A DNA stretch of 64,000 nt from Stylophora pistillata (lineage: Eukaryota). Shown piece by piece: positions 47,101 through 60,110 of this stretch. Below the pieces are notes generated by a model. The model saw only the letters and a program-made list of their open reading frames with translations, made no database searches and was not told the origin of the DNA. The first letter of the stretch is position 1. Each line of letters begins with the position of its first letter. The DNA lies in NCBI RefSeq assembly GCF_002571385.2, contig NW_019218296.1, positions 38,176-102,175 of the forward strand, read 5' to 3'. The translations under genes were made by a program, and so were the position numbers.

Positions 47101-50100
47101 AGGCTTACTGTCTACTAGTCTTGTATTGTATTATTATTATTATTATTGTATTATATTATTATAATAATACAATAATTATATTATTATTGTATTATAATAT
47201 TATTGTATTATTATTATTGTATTATTATAATATTGTAATATTACTAAGATATTGCAAGTTTGTACAGTACTGGCCACAGGAATAGCCGGCAGATTCACCC
47301 GCAAATTATGCGTGCATTAAATTTTACTCGGACTATTACATCATGCGCCTTGAATTACACTGTACAGTCAGTCTGTGTGTGATTTGACACAAGTAAAAAC
47401 TGCCATGTCCATTATAGCCACTTGTCTGTATTTTCCACTTGGAAGTGTACAGGAATCTGTGCATTCTCCCATAAATTAACATTGTAAACAGTTACCTGTG
47501 TTGCACATGAAATGGCATGTAGCTAACAAGGTTGGTTTCACTCATCAAATTATCAAATGAAATATATGTTTATTGAACATGCCTATATCCTTAAATTTGC
47601 CACTTACATTGCAGAATACGTGCTTGTTTTATTCCATGAAGAAGGTCTATGGTTAGAAGCTCAGATATAATGTTCTGTGAGCCAACCAAAATCATGGAAT
47701 TTATGAAAGACCACATATTCCATCTTAATGGCTAGTTATTGTGATTTGTTAGTGTAATCAGGATATTGTAAAATAATGTTAGATGTTGATCTTTTAAAGT
47801 GTTTTTGTTCCATCAGATGGCACTGAAGCACCATCCCGATAAAAATCCTGATAATCCTGAAGCGACAGAAAAAGTAAGTCAAACTTTGCTTAAGAGAAAA
47901 AGGAAATGTTTGGGTCAATATAAGTCTTGGAATACTTTGAAACTCCTAGAATGAGGCCATATTACTGTCAGGAATTTTGGGGAGGAGGCATGACTGAAAC
48001 AAATTTTGCATGTTTTGTGCCAAAAGGCTTTTAATGATGTGATGTGGCTGTCATCCTTCATGAAAACAAACTCCAATTATAATTATCTTTTCTGAGTGTA
48101 TCCAAATGTTTGGTCTTTTTCAGTTTAAAGAAGTCAATCATGCACATAGTATATTAGCTGATCCCAGTAAAAGGGAAATTTATGACAAATATGGCTCTAT
48201 GGGTCTCTATATAGCTGAACAATTTGGAGAAGAGGTAGGGTCAAATTGATTGATTTTTGTTTCTAGTGAATTAAGCAATATTTTTTATGACTGTGTTTTT
48301 GCAAGGAATTTTATTGCAGAGCTTTGTTAAAATTTGTCTCAACTGTTTGCTTTGTGAAAGATTATTTTGGAAATAACAACCCTTCATGGAAGACTGAGTT
48401 TACAGATGTCTTTAAAGCAATATCAAACTTAAAAAGAAAAAAATTCCCAGCAACATTACATGACATAATTTCAATTAAAAGGCCATTTGTTTAAAAAACC
48501 TTCACCCTCTGAATGATGCCAACTGCTTTGCCTTTCTCATGAAAATTAGTGGTATATATCTCTTGTACAAACCTCTTAGTCCAGTGATGTTAACCCATGA
48601 GTGACCAAGACAGAACATCTCCTTACTGTAGCAATACAATATCAAGCAGACAAATGATGAGAACAGAGATAAATATCAATGAGGAGATTATTGGTTGATC
48701 CAATACCAAATTCTCCAAACCAACATCAGAAATTGTAGAGCAGACAGTAAGGAGAATTAGGAATGAGATCTTGGGAGTGAAAGCTCTAACCCTAAGACAA
48801 TGCATTTCTTTCTTGGCTAGCTGTGAGAATTTGCTGTTATTATCAACTTAGTACGTGTGTATGACAGTGTATCAAACGTCAAGTAGAATTGATTAATTAT
48901 CACTGGTGAAATGCCTCTTGGTAGAGTTTTACGTCCTTCTCCCCACCCCTCCCCGGTGTGCAGGTATTTGAAAAGGGTAATGGTGACATTTGGTGGAGCA
49001 TACATGTAGCAAATTGAAAAATTTATTTAAAAATGCCAAGTATTGGGTGCCATATAGGACAATATTGTTTGCCCAAAAAATAAAATGCAAAAGTTATGTA
49101 TATATGGCATGGATCAAATAAATATATGAATAGAATATATGTGCAACATATATATGGCATGGACCAAGTCAATATATATGGTTGAATAAAGGCTGATAGT
49201 TTCTAAAGAAACTGTTAGGGGCTGTGTCGGTGGGGGTAACGAAATAATTTGGATATATCAACAAAGTTGAAATGGTAAATTGGCCACCGTAACGATTAGA
49301 AAAGCTGACGTTTCGAGCGTTAGCCCTTCGTCGGAGCGGATAGAGGAATTGTGGGTTGCGTGTGCTTTTAAGGATGGGATACGATCAATTTAGAATACAA
49401 ATTTCAAATAGTTAAGCTTTTTTATAGAGTAAGTAAAGGCAGAAAATGGAGCTACGTTATTGGTGGGAACATGGCAACGAGAAAAACACGAATAAATTAG
49501 TGNNNNNNNNNNNNNNNNNNNNNNNNNNNNNNNNNNNNNNNNNNNNNNNNNNNNNNNNNNNNNNNNNNNNNNNNNNNNNNNNNNNNNNNNNNNNNNNNNN
49601 NNNNNNNNNNNNNNNNNNNNNNNNNNNNNNNNNNNNNNNNNNNNNNNNNNNNNNNNNNNNNTACTCCCACTGTCGACTTACTTGTTCGCCAGATTATTGA
49701 TCAACCTCATTTCAAAAAAGGCTTGCAAGCTAGGTCTTCCGATAGTTCAAGTTCAAACCCTGAAACTTCAACTCAAACAGCAGTTTCTGGAGCAGGAACT
49801 CAGGAAGTTAGCCGTTCTCAAAGTGGAGGAGCCTCGAAGCAGGCAACAAATATTTAGAAACTGACTTTTTAAGCCGATGATTTCTTCATACAAGAGATAA
49901 AGTGGCTCAAGTAAACTTTCGCCAGTGCTTTGCACTTCGCACTCAAATATGAGACACCTTACAACTTATGCAGGATCATCTAATCGGCGTTCAAAATACG
50001 CCAAGACGTTGATGTTTTCAGAGTGAAGATTTCTACGAGCTTGACGAAAAAGGGATGGAATAGAGCTCTCGAAAAATTGCTCTAAATCATCAATCCTGTC

Positions 50101-53100
50101 ACGGGCCGTCATGTTATTTTTTTTATCAATCTTCCGCTTACCAAATTGACAATGGGCACAATAACCATATATAGTTTTCGCGCATTTGCCCCATATTTAT
50201 ATCGTATTTGGTCCATGTCATATATATTCCATTCATATCATATTTATTTCATCCATGACATATATTCAACTTTTGCACTTTATTTTTGCGCCAACAATAT
50301 TGTCCCACGCGGCACGCCATATTGTAACCGGTGGTTTCTCTCTCTCTCTCTCTCTCTTGTTTTTTAATTTTTTTAAATTTTTTTACGAAGGGAGAAAACA
50401 CTCCTCGCAACTGAAAAGTTCGTATAAACCTTTCTGTTACCGAATTAAGTATTTAATTTCTTAAGGATATGAAAGAAAAATTGAGGAGGCCCCCATGATT
50501 ATCGAGCCGCGGTCGATGTTTTATTGTTGTATTCTTGTTTCAAGCTTCACCTTGTATTGTTAAAAGCAATTACAAATAATTTTTTAGGCAAATTAGGGCT
50601 GAAAAGTTCTTTACAGGGAATAAATTGAATGATTTCGTAGTTTTCTTCTCTCTGTGAGTGTTTTATTTTTTCAAGTGCAGCCTGCAAATGATTTATTTAA
50701 CATGACGAAAATTCTTGAATTACACTTAAGCAATTTTAATTATTTATTCAAAAGTCTGACCAATCAAGGTTTTAGTATTTCGTTTTGAAAGAGAAGGAAA
50801 ACAAACTTTGTTCATTGTTTCCAAAGCTAAACATTTTGAAGGAACGTTGCACCTTGGTTGCACGGAGAAAAGGGTAAACTTGTTTTCACACTGAGAAAGG
50901 AACCCCATTCGTACAATGTACAAAAACTAATGTCAATTAGGGCATAATTGAAAGGAAAAGAGCTGATTTACTTTGAAAATGTCCTTGCCTGAAAGAAAAG
51001 AGAGCACTCCAGCTGATAATGAAAGCTCTTTGTTTTGGCGTTGGAATCGGCTTCAAGTAAATGCTATGGAAGATCCTGAATTGCAGAATGTGCAAACATT
51101 TTACAATTCGGCCAAAATAACAAGCCAGTCTCGGTTACTTTTTGGAGCGCAGAGCAGGATTGTTGACGCCGAGAATTCCTTGAAGATGGAAAAAGATCAG
51201 AAGACGAGAGACCCGCAGAAAGATTTGACAGAGAAGTCGACATCAAATGAAAGCCAAGAAAAAGAAATTGAAAATGAAAGAAAAGTTTTAAGGACTGTAA
51301 TAGGCGCTGAGAAAGGGAAATCAAACCCATTCGAGTACTTTAAACAGCATCGATATGATAAAGACCTGGACCTGAATGGATGGGTGCTGGGCCCGATAAG
51401 GGCATATGAAATTGCTTCGGAACTTCTCCCTTCCTCGACTGTTGTCAGTTTGTTTCTTGCAAACAACCGCCTTGGAAATGAAGGGGGCAGGGCCATTGCA
51501 GAAGGACTGCAGAGGAACTGTTCTGTTAGGGAGCTGGATTTGTCTGGAAATATGCTCGGGCGAAACTCAGTCTCCAGTATTGGAGAGATGCTCAGACAAA
51601 ATCGAACTCTGGAAAAGTTGAATCTCTCGAGAAACGATCTTACAGACCAAGACATGGAAGTGTTTCTGGACTTTCTCAGCTCCGAAACTGTCCTAAAAGA
51701 GCTGGACTTATCGCATAATATTTTATGCGATCAATTCGGCGAACATATGTCGCGAGTTTTAAAGAGTAATATTATTCTCGAAAAGCTTTTTCTCAGCTCA
51801 AATCAACTCGAAGTTACGGGCTTAAAAGCCTTGATGCCTGGTCTTCGATGCACGCAATCGCTTCGGGCTTTGAACATTTCGTGGAATTACTTGTACGACG
51901 TCGGAGCCAAAATTCTTGGCGAAATAATCGCTAACAACGAAAGCCTAATTGAAATCTCAGCCTGTGGAAATCTATTCACAGCCAAAGCAGCCAGCTTCAT
52001 TGCTAAGGGTGTTGTTAATAACTCAAATTTGAAAATTCTTCGCATTGGTCAGAATTTGATAAGAAACTCTGGGGCGTATGCATTTCTCGATGTCTTATCT
52101 CAAAGCGGTTCATCTTTGAGCGCGCTGGAGATTTTGGATATCGATGGTACCATTGTTGACCAAAAATTTAAAGAAAGAGTAGACACTGACTTATCTCAAT
52201 GGCCCGGTGCATTAAAGGTTGTCAAAGCTTCAGTAGTTGATGAAATTTCTAACGAGCTGGAACAGTTTGTAGAAAAATCGCCTGAAGATCTTTCGTTCTG
52301 ATTTAAGTCCATCAGATTTTTTGTTAAAGAAAAATGTTATGAAATATTAATTGACTGATAAGGAATAACTTAAAAATTCACAATTTTCATTTTTTCGATA
52401 AAAAAATTACATGTTAGATGTAGATTACCTTGCGCACAGAGTTTTGAAGATTGATTTCTTCATTATACAGTGGAATAAACCGTGTTTACAACTTCTGTAG
52501 AATGTATTTGTTTTGAATACATTCAGTTCATTTCACACTTGCCATTCCTCATGGGCGTTTTAAATTAGCAGGCTACTTTTAATGTAACTAGTTCAATGGT
52601 GAGACCTTGGGCAGATAAATGAAAGAGATTAGTAAACGAATTTTGTGTTCTCTTAACCTCTCCAGCAAATGAGTTGTGTGATATCGAAAGAAACTTTGAG
52701 CAGTCTTCAATTTGGGTGTCGAAAGTAATCCGGCTTTGCATTGGTTGGCTTTACTTCGCTCTGTGATTGGTCCAGAAATCCGGCACCATCCTTTCAACCA
52801 ATCAGATGCTTTAGGCGCCTCGGTTGTTTTTACTTTAAGCCCTCATTGGCTCTTAAAGATATTTTCCTTTCATGTAATTGGCCGTTATGGTCACTTTTCT
52901 TTTGGTTTTACGACACTCAACCGAGAAGCGCTATATTGCCCCTAATTTGGCTATCACAGCAAAGGGGAATATTGGCCATGGATCTGCAGATGTCTAAATT
53001 AGTATATTTTGCGCAATTTTTTCGCTTCGTGAACGGTCCTCTTGTTCAAAGCCTGGCGAATCAGTCGCACACAACCTTACTTTGTCTTTCCCTCTCCATC

Positions 53101-54101
53101 CCACAATCCTCTACTGGGTTTGGGAAAGGTCGTGAAAGGACTGAGACTAAAACCAGTTATTAGAGGATTCCTTGAGAACCCAGAAAGGTCTTTTTTTTTG
53201 CGTATTCAAGAGAAAAAGAATGTGAATCAAAGTTATACTAATTATTTTTTGCTTTTCACCCACAGAATGTCAAATTGTACTTCAGGCTCAACAGTGGCTG
53301 GTGTAAGGTAAGTTCAGTAGAACAACTTATGGTGTCTGATGGCCAGGAACGTGGTCGAAAGCCTGTTTGAAATTGAAATTAGGTCTTTGTTGCTAATGCA
53401 GAAAAATAAAATAGTTTCTAACGTTGATGTTATTGACAACAAGTGTCTTTGGACGTTTTTAAATCATGTGTGGGGTCGAAATGTATATGCGTTGTTATGG
53501 CTCAGAACGGAAATGAATTTAGAACGCTTTGGGTCCGAGTAGGGACAGTTTCAACGCACTGTAGGTTGTCACTGTCTTATCAAAAAGGACTTTCAAGGAC
53601 GAGAACTACCGTGGTTACTTTCTTTATGAAAGGCCTTTGCTAAACATTATTTCTGTTGCATATTCTTCAATACGGTTACTGTTTGTTCTGTGCGCTACAA
53701 GACCATGCCTTTCGAAATGCTGCTCTGTTTAACGAACGCACACGGTAATTTGTCTTGTTGGTTTGGTGACGGTTCTGCAAGGTGACATCACTAATCCTGT
53801 ACGCATGTGTTGATTTGAACAGGCGCTGTTCATGTTCTGCGGCATCATAACGTGCTGTTACTTCTGCTGTTGCTGCTTCTTCTGTTGTAATTTCTGTTGT
53901 GGAAAGTGCAAACCAGTTCCGGACGAGCAGTGGGAGGATTTCGAATTTGACGACGTTAAGGACGAAGAGGATCCGATAACGAAGCAGCCCGGCAGTAATG
54001 GAAACGACACAAGCAGCGAGAAACTCCCCAAGTCACCCGGTCTTGACAGCGCGGCTAGCAGCAATACGGCGAATACCGCTATTCCCATGCCCTCGTCGTG
54101 A
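44129..54101 (+). CDS. DNAJC5: Cysteine string protein (DnaJ subfamily C member 5)
   Basis: Exons 44129-44190, 46055-46136, 47817-47873, 48124-48234, 53266-53307, 53823-54101 in phase. J domain with [23 protein letters not shown] linker, cysteine string [22 protein letters not shown]-terminal PITKQP and IPMP. Confidence 0.95.
47120..47245. repeat. Degenerate (TAT)n microsatellite
   Basis: Direct observation. Confidence 0.85.
49041..50320. mobile_element. Putative IS3EU-like DNA transposon remnant spanning the assembly gap
   Basis: Imperfect inverted repeats 49041-49170 and 50205-50320 (right end ...GGCACGCCATA); stop-interrupted minus-strand frame [28 protein letters not shown]... from 50112. 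No matching TSD. Confidence 0.4.
49185..49340 (-). mobile_element. Penelope-like pLTR fragment with minimal hammerhead-like motif (49304-49337)
   Basis: Minus strand GCT-CCGACGA-A-GGGCTAACGCTC-GAAA-CG-TC-AGC. Confidence 0.6.
50979..52301 (+). CDS. Intronless RNI-like leucine-rich repeat protein, LRRC74-like, nested in DNAJC5 intron 4
   Basis: 440-aa ORF from ATG 50979 with 28-aa RI-type LRRs (LDLSGN, LNLSRN, LDLSHN, LNISWN); LRRC74-like flanks [10 protein letters not shown] and [15 protein letters not shown]; AATAAA at about 52475. Confidence 0.82.
   Translation: MSLPERKESTPADNESSLFWRWNRLQVNAMEDPELQNVQTFYNSAKITSQSRLLFGAQSRIVDAENSLKMEKDQKTRDPQKDLTEKSTSNESQEKEIENERKVLRTVIGAEKGKSNPFEYFKQHRYDKDLDLNGWVLGPIRAYEIASELLPSSTVVSLFLANNRLGNEGGRAIAEGLQRNCSVRELDLSGNMLGRNSVSSIGEMLRQNRTLEKLNLSRNDLTDQDMEVFLDFLSSETVLKELDLSHNILCDQFGEHMSRVLKSNIILEKLFLSSNQLEVTGLKALMPGLRCTQSLRALNISWNYLYDVGAKILGEIIANNESLIEISACGNLFTAKAASFIAKGVVNNSNLKILRIGQNLIRNSGAYAFLDVLSQSGSSLSALEILDIDGTIVDQKFKERVDTDLSQWPGALKVVKASVVDEISNELEQFVEKSPEDLSF
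52698..52935. mobile_element. MITE with imperfect TIRs
   Basis: GAGCAGTCTTCAATTTGGGTGTCGAAA versus TTTACGACACTCAACCGAGAAGCGCT. Confidence 0.55.
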
Positions 54102-56245
54102 ATGACGGAGTATTAGTGTTCAAGGGGAGTTGGGTGGGTAGGGAATTTTTGTTGCTGGCGGCCATGTTGGATTTTTGAAGGCTGGTAGAATGTAGGTAAC
54201 ATGTTCTTGATGATGTCGAGGAGGGTTAAAGATATAAAATGTTCTTTAGATCAGAAGTTTAAATTGTTACAAAGGATGTGCACAAGCCTCTGAGGTTTTA
54301 AGCGAACAGCTCTGAATTGACTTGCTTGCGGGAGTGGAAGACGTTCTTTAATCATTCAATATGGCTGCCAGCACGCATCGGTTGCATGAATTATTAGCTT
54401 AACTTTCTTTGTTCATGGAAAGGAAGTGCACTTTTGTGAAGTTTTGTCTTGTCCTGTTGAATCCTCGTTATGATAATTTAACATATTGTTAAGGGTAGTT
54501 CAAGTTATTTCTATTTTTACGTCGAAATACTTGTTGTAAAGTGTTTTTTTTTTTTCTTCTCAACCGATAATGACCTTATTTAACCAGATAAATGAGTTTG
54601 AATTGTTCACGGAGTAATGACGGGTGGAATGACCAAGTTTGAAAGTTTAGCGTGGAGGTGGAGGTAATCTAACTTGACGTCAGTGTGTAACGAACGTCAG
54701 CTTCAAGACAAATCGTGTGGCTGTAGTAGCATCTCAAGGTTGCTTTTTATCAGTTATTATGAGGAAATGAATTTCTTTCCAATTACAGACGCGTGCTATA
54801 TTCGTTCTTTTTTGTTTTCTCGTTTCGTTTTTTTCCTATTTCATAAATAAATAGGTCATAATCGGCGGTGTCTTGTGGTGGCCCCTTAAATGGATGTCAA
54901 ATTTCATCAGGACTAAGCGATGTACTATTTTTTCAGTCTGTACTTTAAAAACCTTAATGGGTCGATATGATGCATGACGATTTACTTCTGCAAATTGCGA
55001 GGGAACTTTTTTGGTAGCGGTTTATTTCCCAAATATGTCGCTGGTGACTGTTTGCTATATCATTTTCAGTAACAGTAGTGTAGTTTTTTCAGGCCATTTT
55101 CGTTGAATAATAGGTAATATCTACCTTTACTGAAACAAATAACTGTATTAAGTTATATCAGATATGAAATCGATATTTTTTTGGTTAAAATTACAAAGGA
55201 GTATTTTAGTTAGGCGTGTACTGATACACGGAAGAATCTTTGGTTCTTGCGATACACAGTCCTCTTTAAGGTGACTACTCATCTTTAGCTTAATTATGAT
55301 ACCTGGAAGTTGAATGTCCGAATCTAGCAGCTATTGCTTTCCTCTCAGTTTTCTTGCTCTATTGAGACTTGTTTCGAATAAGATCTTGCCTTTCTGTATA
55401 ATAGAAACCCGAGAAAAGTACAGCGATCGAATTACTCAAGAGCATTACTTGCATACTGTGTCTAATGTGGGCTATGCAACTCAACGCTTCCTTCCATTCT
55501 GTGATGTAGCGTGACACGGAGTGAAAACCTTTTTATTCCTTTATTTATCCTATGTGTCTGCATTTTTTTCTGAAATGTTGTATATGGTTTAACGTTACCG
55601 TAACTGTAAATCTTTCGTTCTGCCTCAACTTTCCAAAATATTTACCTTTACTTTTGTAATCTGTGTTAGTTTCAACGAGACAAGATCTCAAAGAGGATTT
55701 TTTTTTTCCACAGGCGAACATTATATGTATCGATATGTTTCAAGTTGTCAATTAAGAAATTGCATTTAGGCTGTATAATAAGTTACTACAGTAACTGTAA
55801 TGAAGAATTTCGCAAATAAAGGTGCGAAAATTTAGATGGTTTGATTCATAATTGTCCAAACGTATTCCATGTGCAGGATTTCTACGCTTAATCGCATAGT
55901 TGATGTGAAATTTCAAGAGGACTGAGTAATCTTTCATTTCCCACCCCTCCTCCCCTACTAAACTTTATCGACTATCTTTAGTGTCGAATTTATGGAGTAG
56001 CGCCCAAATGCTAGCATATTCGAGATAGCTACTTTAATAGCTATTTATAATTATGGTGACTTGACTATATATAATAGATAAACGGGATATAGCAGTGGAC
56101 GATCCACGAAGTGGCTCTCCCTGTTTGCTGTTTCTAAGTCGAAATGGAATTTCGGATGATAGTTTTTGTGGAGGAAGGAAAACCGGAAGACATGGAAAAA
56201 AAAGGCCACAAGAGCCAACACAATGTCAATCCGCATTTAACACCT

Positions 56246-56479
56246 GGGGTCCGTCTTTCTAAGGTCCTTGTAAATTAGCGGGCCCGTAAAGCTGTTCTGT
56301 TTTCATTCAAGATGGAGGTTTACAAAAGTTTTAAGAATTGTACAATAAAACTATCAGCTAAAGAAACAAAATGGACTGGTTAGGGTGCCGTAACCTATTT
56401 CTCTAATCATTAACTTTTGCTTTTAAAATATGGCTTCGGACCCGTTATATAATACCGGGACTTTCGGGAAACGGGCCCC
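56246..56479. mobile_element. Harbinger-like MITE
   Basis: GGGGTCCGTCTTTCTAAGGTCC versus GGACTTTCGGGAAACGGGCCCC. Confidence 0.55.
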
Positions 56480-57269
56480 AGGTCCGGGAATCAAAGCTAA
56501 TAGTGGTGCCGAGGCGAGCGTTCTCATCACTGCGCCATTCCTCTCACGTGACATATCTTTGTCAGCCAGTCCTAATAAACTGAATTCAAAAGTGCATGCA
56601 TCTCTTAGCCTAGATTTCTGTGATTGACAGTGCCACGATTAACGATGAATCCTACTTTATCACGTGATCAGACATGCTTATAGGACTGAATCAAAGGTGT
56701 AAGCTCCTCCCATATTATTGTGAGATCATAAGAGCTGTTAGAGGTTTTGTCTCAGTCCAGCCCTCATCGTCCCCAATCTCCTCCCACTCTACCATGTCTA
56801 CTATGAGATCAACGTCGTTCCAAGGGTCCCCCCCCTGAGAACTTGACCGAAGAATCCAAAGGGTGACTTCTACGCAGCTAACTAAAGCAATGGTGCAAGA
56901 AGAACCCGTGGGGAAGGAAAATGGCCCAAACCTTTATTACATTTGCCAGTCAGTTTGATTTTCATCTGTTTATATATTAATTTTTTTTTTGAAGGAAGAT
57001 TAACATTCCTGTAATAGTTTGTGAGTGTTGAATCTTCTTGAATAATCATTTTTGTTCTCTTCAAAATAACCATGGTGGTTTAGCTCGCACGCAATCCGAG
57101 TACGTAACGAAGACCTCCTGGACACAACATTGTCAGCTACATGACAACATCTTGCTCAGCTGACCAGAATAATTACGGAACACATTTTCAAAACACCCGG
57201 TGTCTTCAGAAAACGTGCGGGTTAGAATGCCCAGTTTTCAACTGCTCTAGCAGCTTGATCCTTTTTCCA

Positions 57270-58513
57270 ATGGATGAAAGGGAAGAGGGAGTTTCCGAGC
57301 GTCCTCTTAAATCATTACACAACAGAATCGAATCGCCAGTTCTGTTTGTAAATCACACAGGACGAAGAGTCAATTTGAAATGGTTTGATTACAGTGGCGA
57401 GGAAAAGTTGTTCGCCACTATTGTAGGTGGAACGAACAATCGCCTTAAAATGAACACATATGTGACGCATCCTTGGATTGCAGTCGACGAAGAAACAAAT
57501 GAAAGACTGTTATTGAACTTTAGGGAAACATTTTTCCCCGACGAGCCTGTTATACAGCGAGTAGACTTTGATGCCCGCAGATTTTATGTAGTGAGAGCGG
57601 AAATAAACATCACAACACCAGGTTAGTTGTTGTTCGCAGATTTTAGCTTCCCTAGGACGTATCCGCCAATCGAAAATACTGTGTGGAAGAGTAAGAGAGT
57701 AACAGACAACAATCATGTGGAGTAATGTAGCAGATAGTCGTTCCAAAGTTTAGAAGACATAAATGTGCTACTGGAAGCTTTAAAGGGGTTGTGTATCCTT
57801 CTAAGTTTCTGATCTAATTCGCAGTTATGAAGTATATACCTTAAAGGATGATGTGGGTATAAAAAATTAGTAATATTCTGTACCATTTTCTATTGATGGC
57901 ATTTAAAAAGGTGTCACAACTGTTTGGTGTTTGGTTCCCTTTTGCCTGATAATGACAGAGTTGCTTGCAATCCCCCCCCCCTCCATTCCAGTCATATACT
58001 GAACATGGAGGGGTGATATTAAGGCTGACATGACCTTTGAAAATGTGAAATATAAAATAAATGAAAAAGTTTTGATAATCACTGAAAATAGGAAAAATTT
58101 TCACAGGGTCACACCTGGCGATTTTATACTCTGACCACTGCAATGGGAAAAAATCGCCAGGTAAGCCAGAGCTGCGATTACGAGTTTTGCCTTTCACTGA
58201 TTTCTGGGGAGTCAGATACCAGCGATTTTATACACCCATTGCAGCAATCAATTTCACTACAATCGCTGAATAAAAAACGCAAGCTAACTTACCTGCTATT
58301 GAAAATTCTTGAAATTGAGGAGATGAAAGTTGACTTGCACTACCTTGACCTTTCTAGCTTATATATGTATTTGAACTGATTAGCTGTCTCTTTGACCTGT
58401 TAAAAATCTCTTGTGTGACTGGCTCAGCTAAAACCTTTAATGTAAGTATCACTACTATTATTTATTATTTATTTTTATCTGCTTGTTTTATTATTTATTT
58501 ATTTAATTGTTGT

Positions 58514-58567
<54 letters not shown>

Positions 58568-59004
58568 CTATACTGTGTGTGAGTGTGAGAGAGAGCCTAT
58601 ACAGTGTTTGTTTAGGTAGCTTGCCTAGAATACCTTTGCTAACTTCAGGCTACAAAGGCCTTTATTTCTGCAATTTCAAAAGTAAAGTCAATGTTGTTGT
58701 TGTTGTTGTTAATAAAACTGCCAGGTGTGTCACTGGCTTTAGATTTAATTTGTGCATATTACTTAAATGTAAAAATTTTATTAGTTAGTAAGTGGTGAAT
58801 AACCATTTTATGTATTGATACACTTTCAAAAAGATAATTATTTATTTATTATCATTAGTAATAAAATATTTTGATTTCTCCACAGTGTACAGACTGGAGG
58901 AGTATTGCACAAGGTTTCTGAGGAAGACTGTTTTGTCACAGAACATTAGAAAGTTACCCCTGCCACAGTCTATTCTCAAAGAGATTCTGCAAAAGGTTTC
59001 ATGA
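57270..59004 (+). CDS. VHL: von Hippel-Lindau-like protein (beta domain plus BC box); an upstream in-frame ATG at 57141 is possible
   Basis: Exon 1 57270-57621 RPLKS...VLFVNHTGRRVNLKWFDYSGE...NTYVTHPWIAVD...INITTP; exon 2 58886-59004 VYRLEEYCTRFLRKTV...IRKLPLPQSILKEIL*. The phase-1 intron at P|V matches the human VHL beta/alpha junction. Confidence 0.85.
58511..58592. repeat. (TG)n microsatellite in the VHL intron
   Basis: Direct observation. Confidence 0.95.
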
Positions 59005-60011
59005 TCCATTTATAGACTACTTGATCTTCCCAATTTATCATGGATAAAAACACATTTGTAGATGTAAAAATGTGGCAAGCAAGTGTAGTTTGGTAAAGAA
59101 TGTGTTTTTGATTGGAGAATACTTGACAATGGAGCTGTACCTATATATTTATGATTTAACATCCACTGATGTCCTCTATGTAAGGTATAGTGTATATGCT
59201 TATTCATCTGTGTGGTGGTTGAAAAAAAAAAATTCTACCAAGAGCAATGCTGTAAACAAATCGCAACATGTAAAGTCACTATATCTAGAATTCATGAATA
59301 ATGTTAGCTGTCAATAAGAATTTATTTGAATATTTATTTGAGAAGCGATAGTTTTGCAGCAATTTTTTGTATTGGTTAACACAAATTGTGAACAAGTTGC
59401 AAACAAAATTCTGCCATTCTCTAAGAATGCTGATACTACTGTATTTGAGTCGCAATAGCATGGCATTTATTACTTGCAAAATAGTTTGTACACACACAGC
59501 AGCTAATGAATAAAATGTATGCAGATTCCTGTCCTAGAGAAAGTTCAGAACTCCTCTCTGTGGTAGAATACTTCTATTAGATATGTGCTGTTGAATTTTT
59601 AAGGTGAGCCTTTTTATATGACTGTGAACTCCCCCCCCCCCTTCCTATTATGTCTGTCGTATTGGGTCTGAATCTTTAAAGTTATATTAAAAATGGTTGT
59701 CAACCTCACATATAGATCTTGTACTCCCAGCCATATATTTATCTCCCTCCCCTCCCCTGACAAAAACCCTTAGAGTTTTTTTTTTTTTTTTCGGCTGAAG
59801 GAGTACATCATTACACAAGTTAAAAAAATTGTTTGTTTACATTAACTGAAAGGAAGTTGAGTTTACCTAAGGACACACTGATTAATTTTAGGGCAGGTTC
59901 CCCTTTTTGAAAATAACATTTAAGTATCAAATTGTTTTATAAATTTTGAAGGATCAAAGGAGATAAACTTTTGTGTGTAAAGTCAGCTAAGGTTTGGATC
60001 AGCCTTCGGAA

Positions 60012-60110
60012 CTTCGCTCCGACGAAGAGCTGACGCACGAAACGTCAGCTTTTGTAATCGTTACGGTGGTCAATTTACTATTTCAACTTTGTTGATATAT
60101 CCAAATTACT
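60012..60110 (+). mobile_element. Penelope-like pLTR fragment with degenerate hammerhead-like motif (60016-60049)
   Basis: Reverse-complement match to about 49245-49338. Confidence 0.55.

Noticed and set aside
50979-52301. LRR ORF as the tail of an NLR immune receptor
   Set aside because: No NACHT exon nearby; it has its own start, and the flanks fit LRRC74 better.
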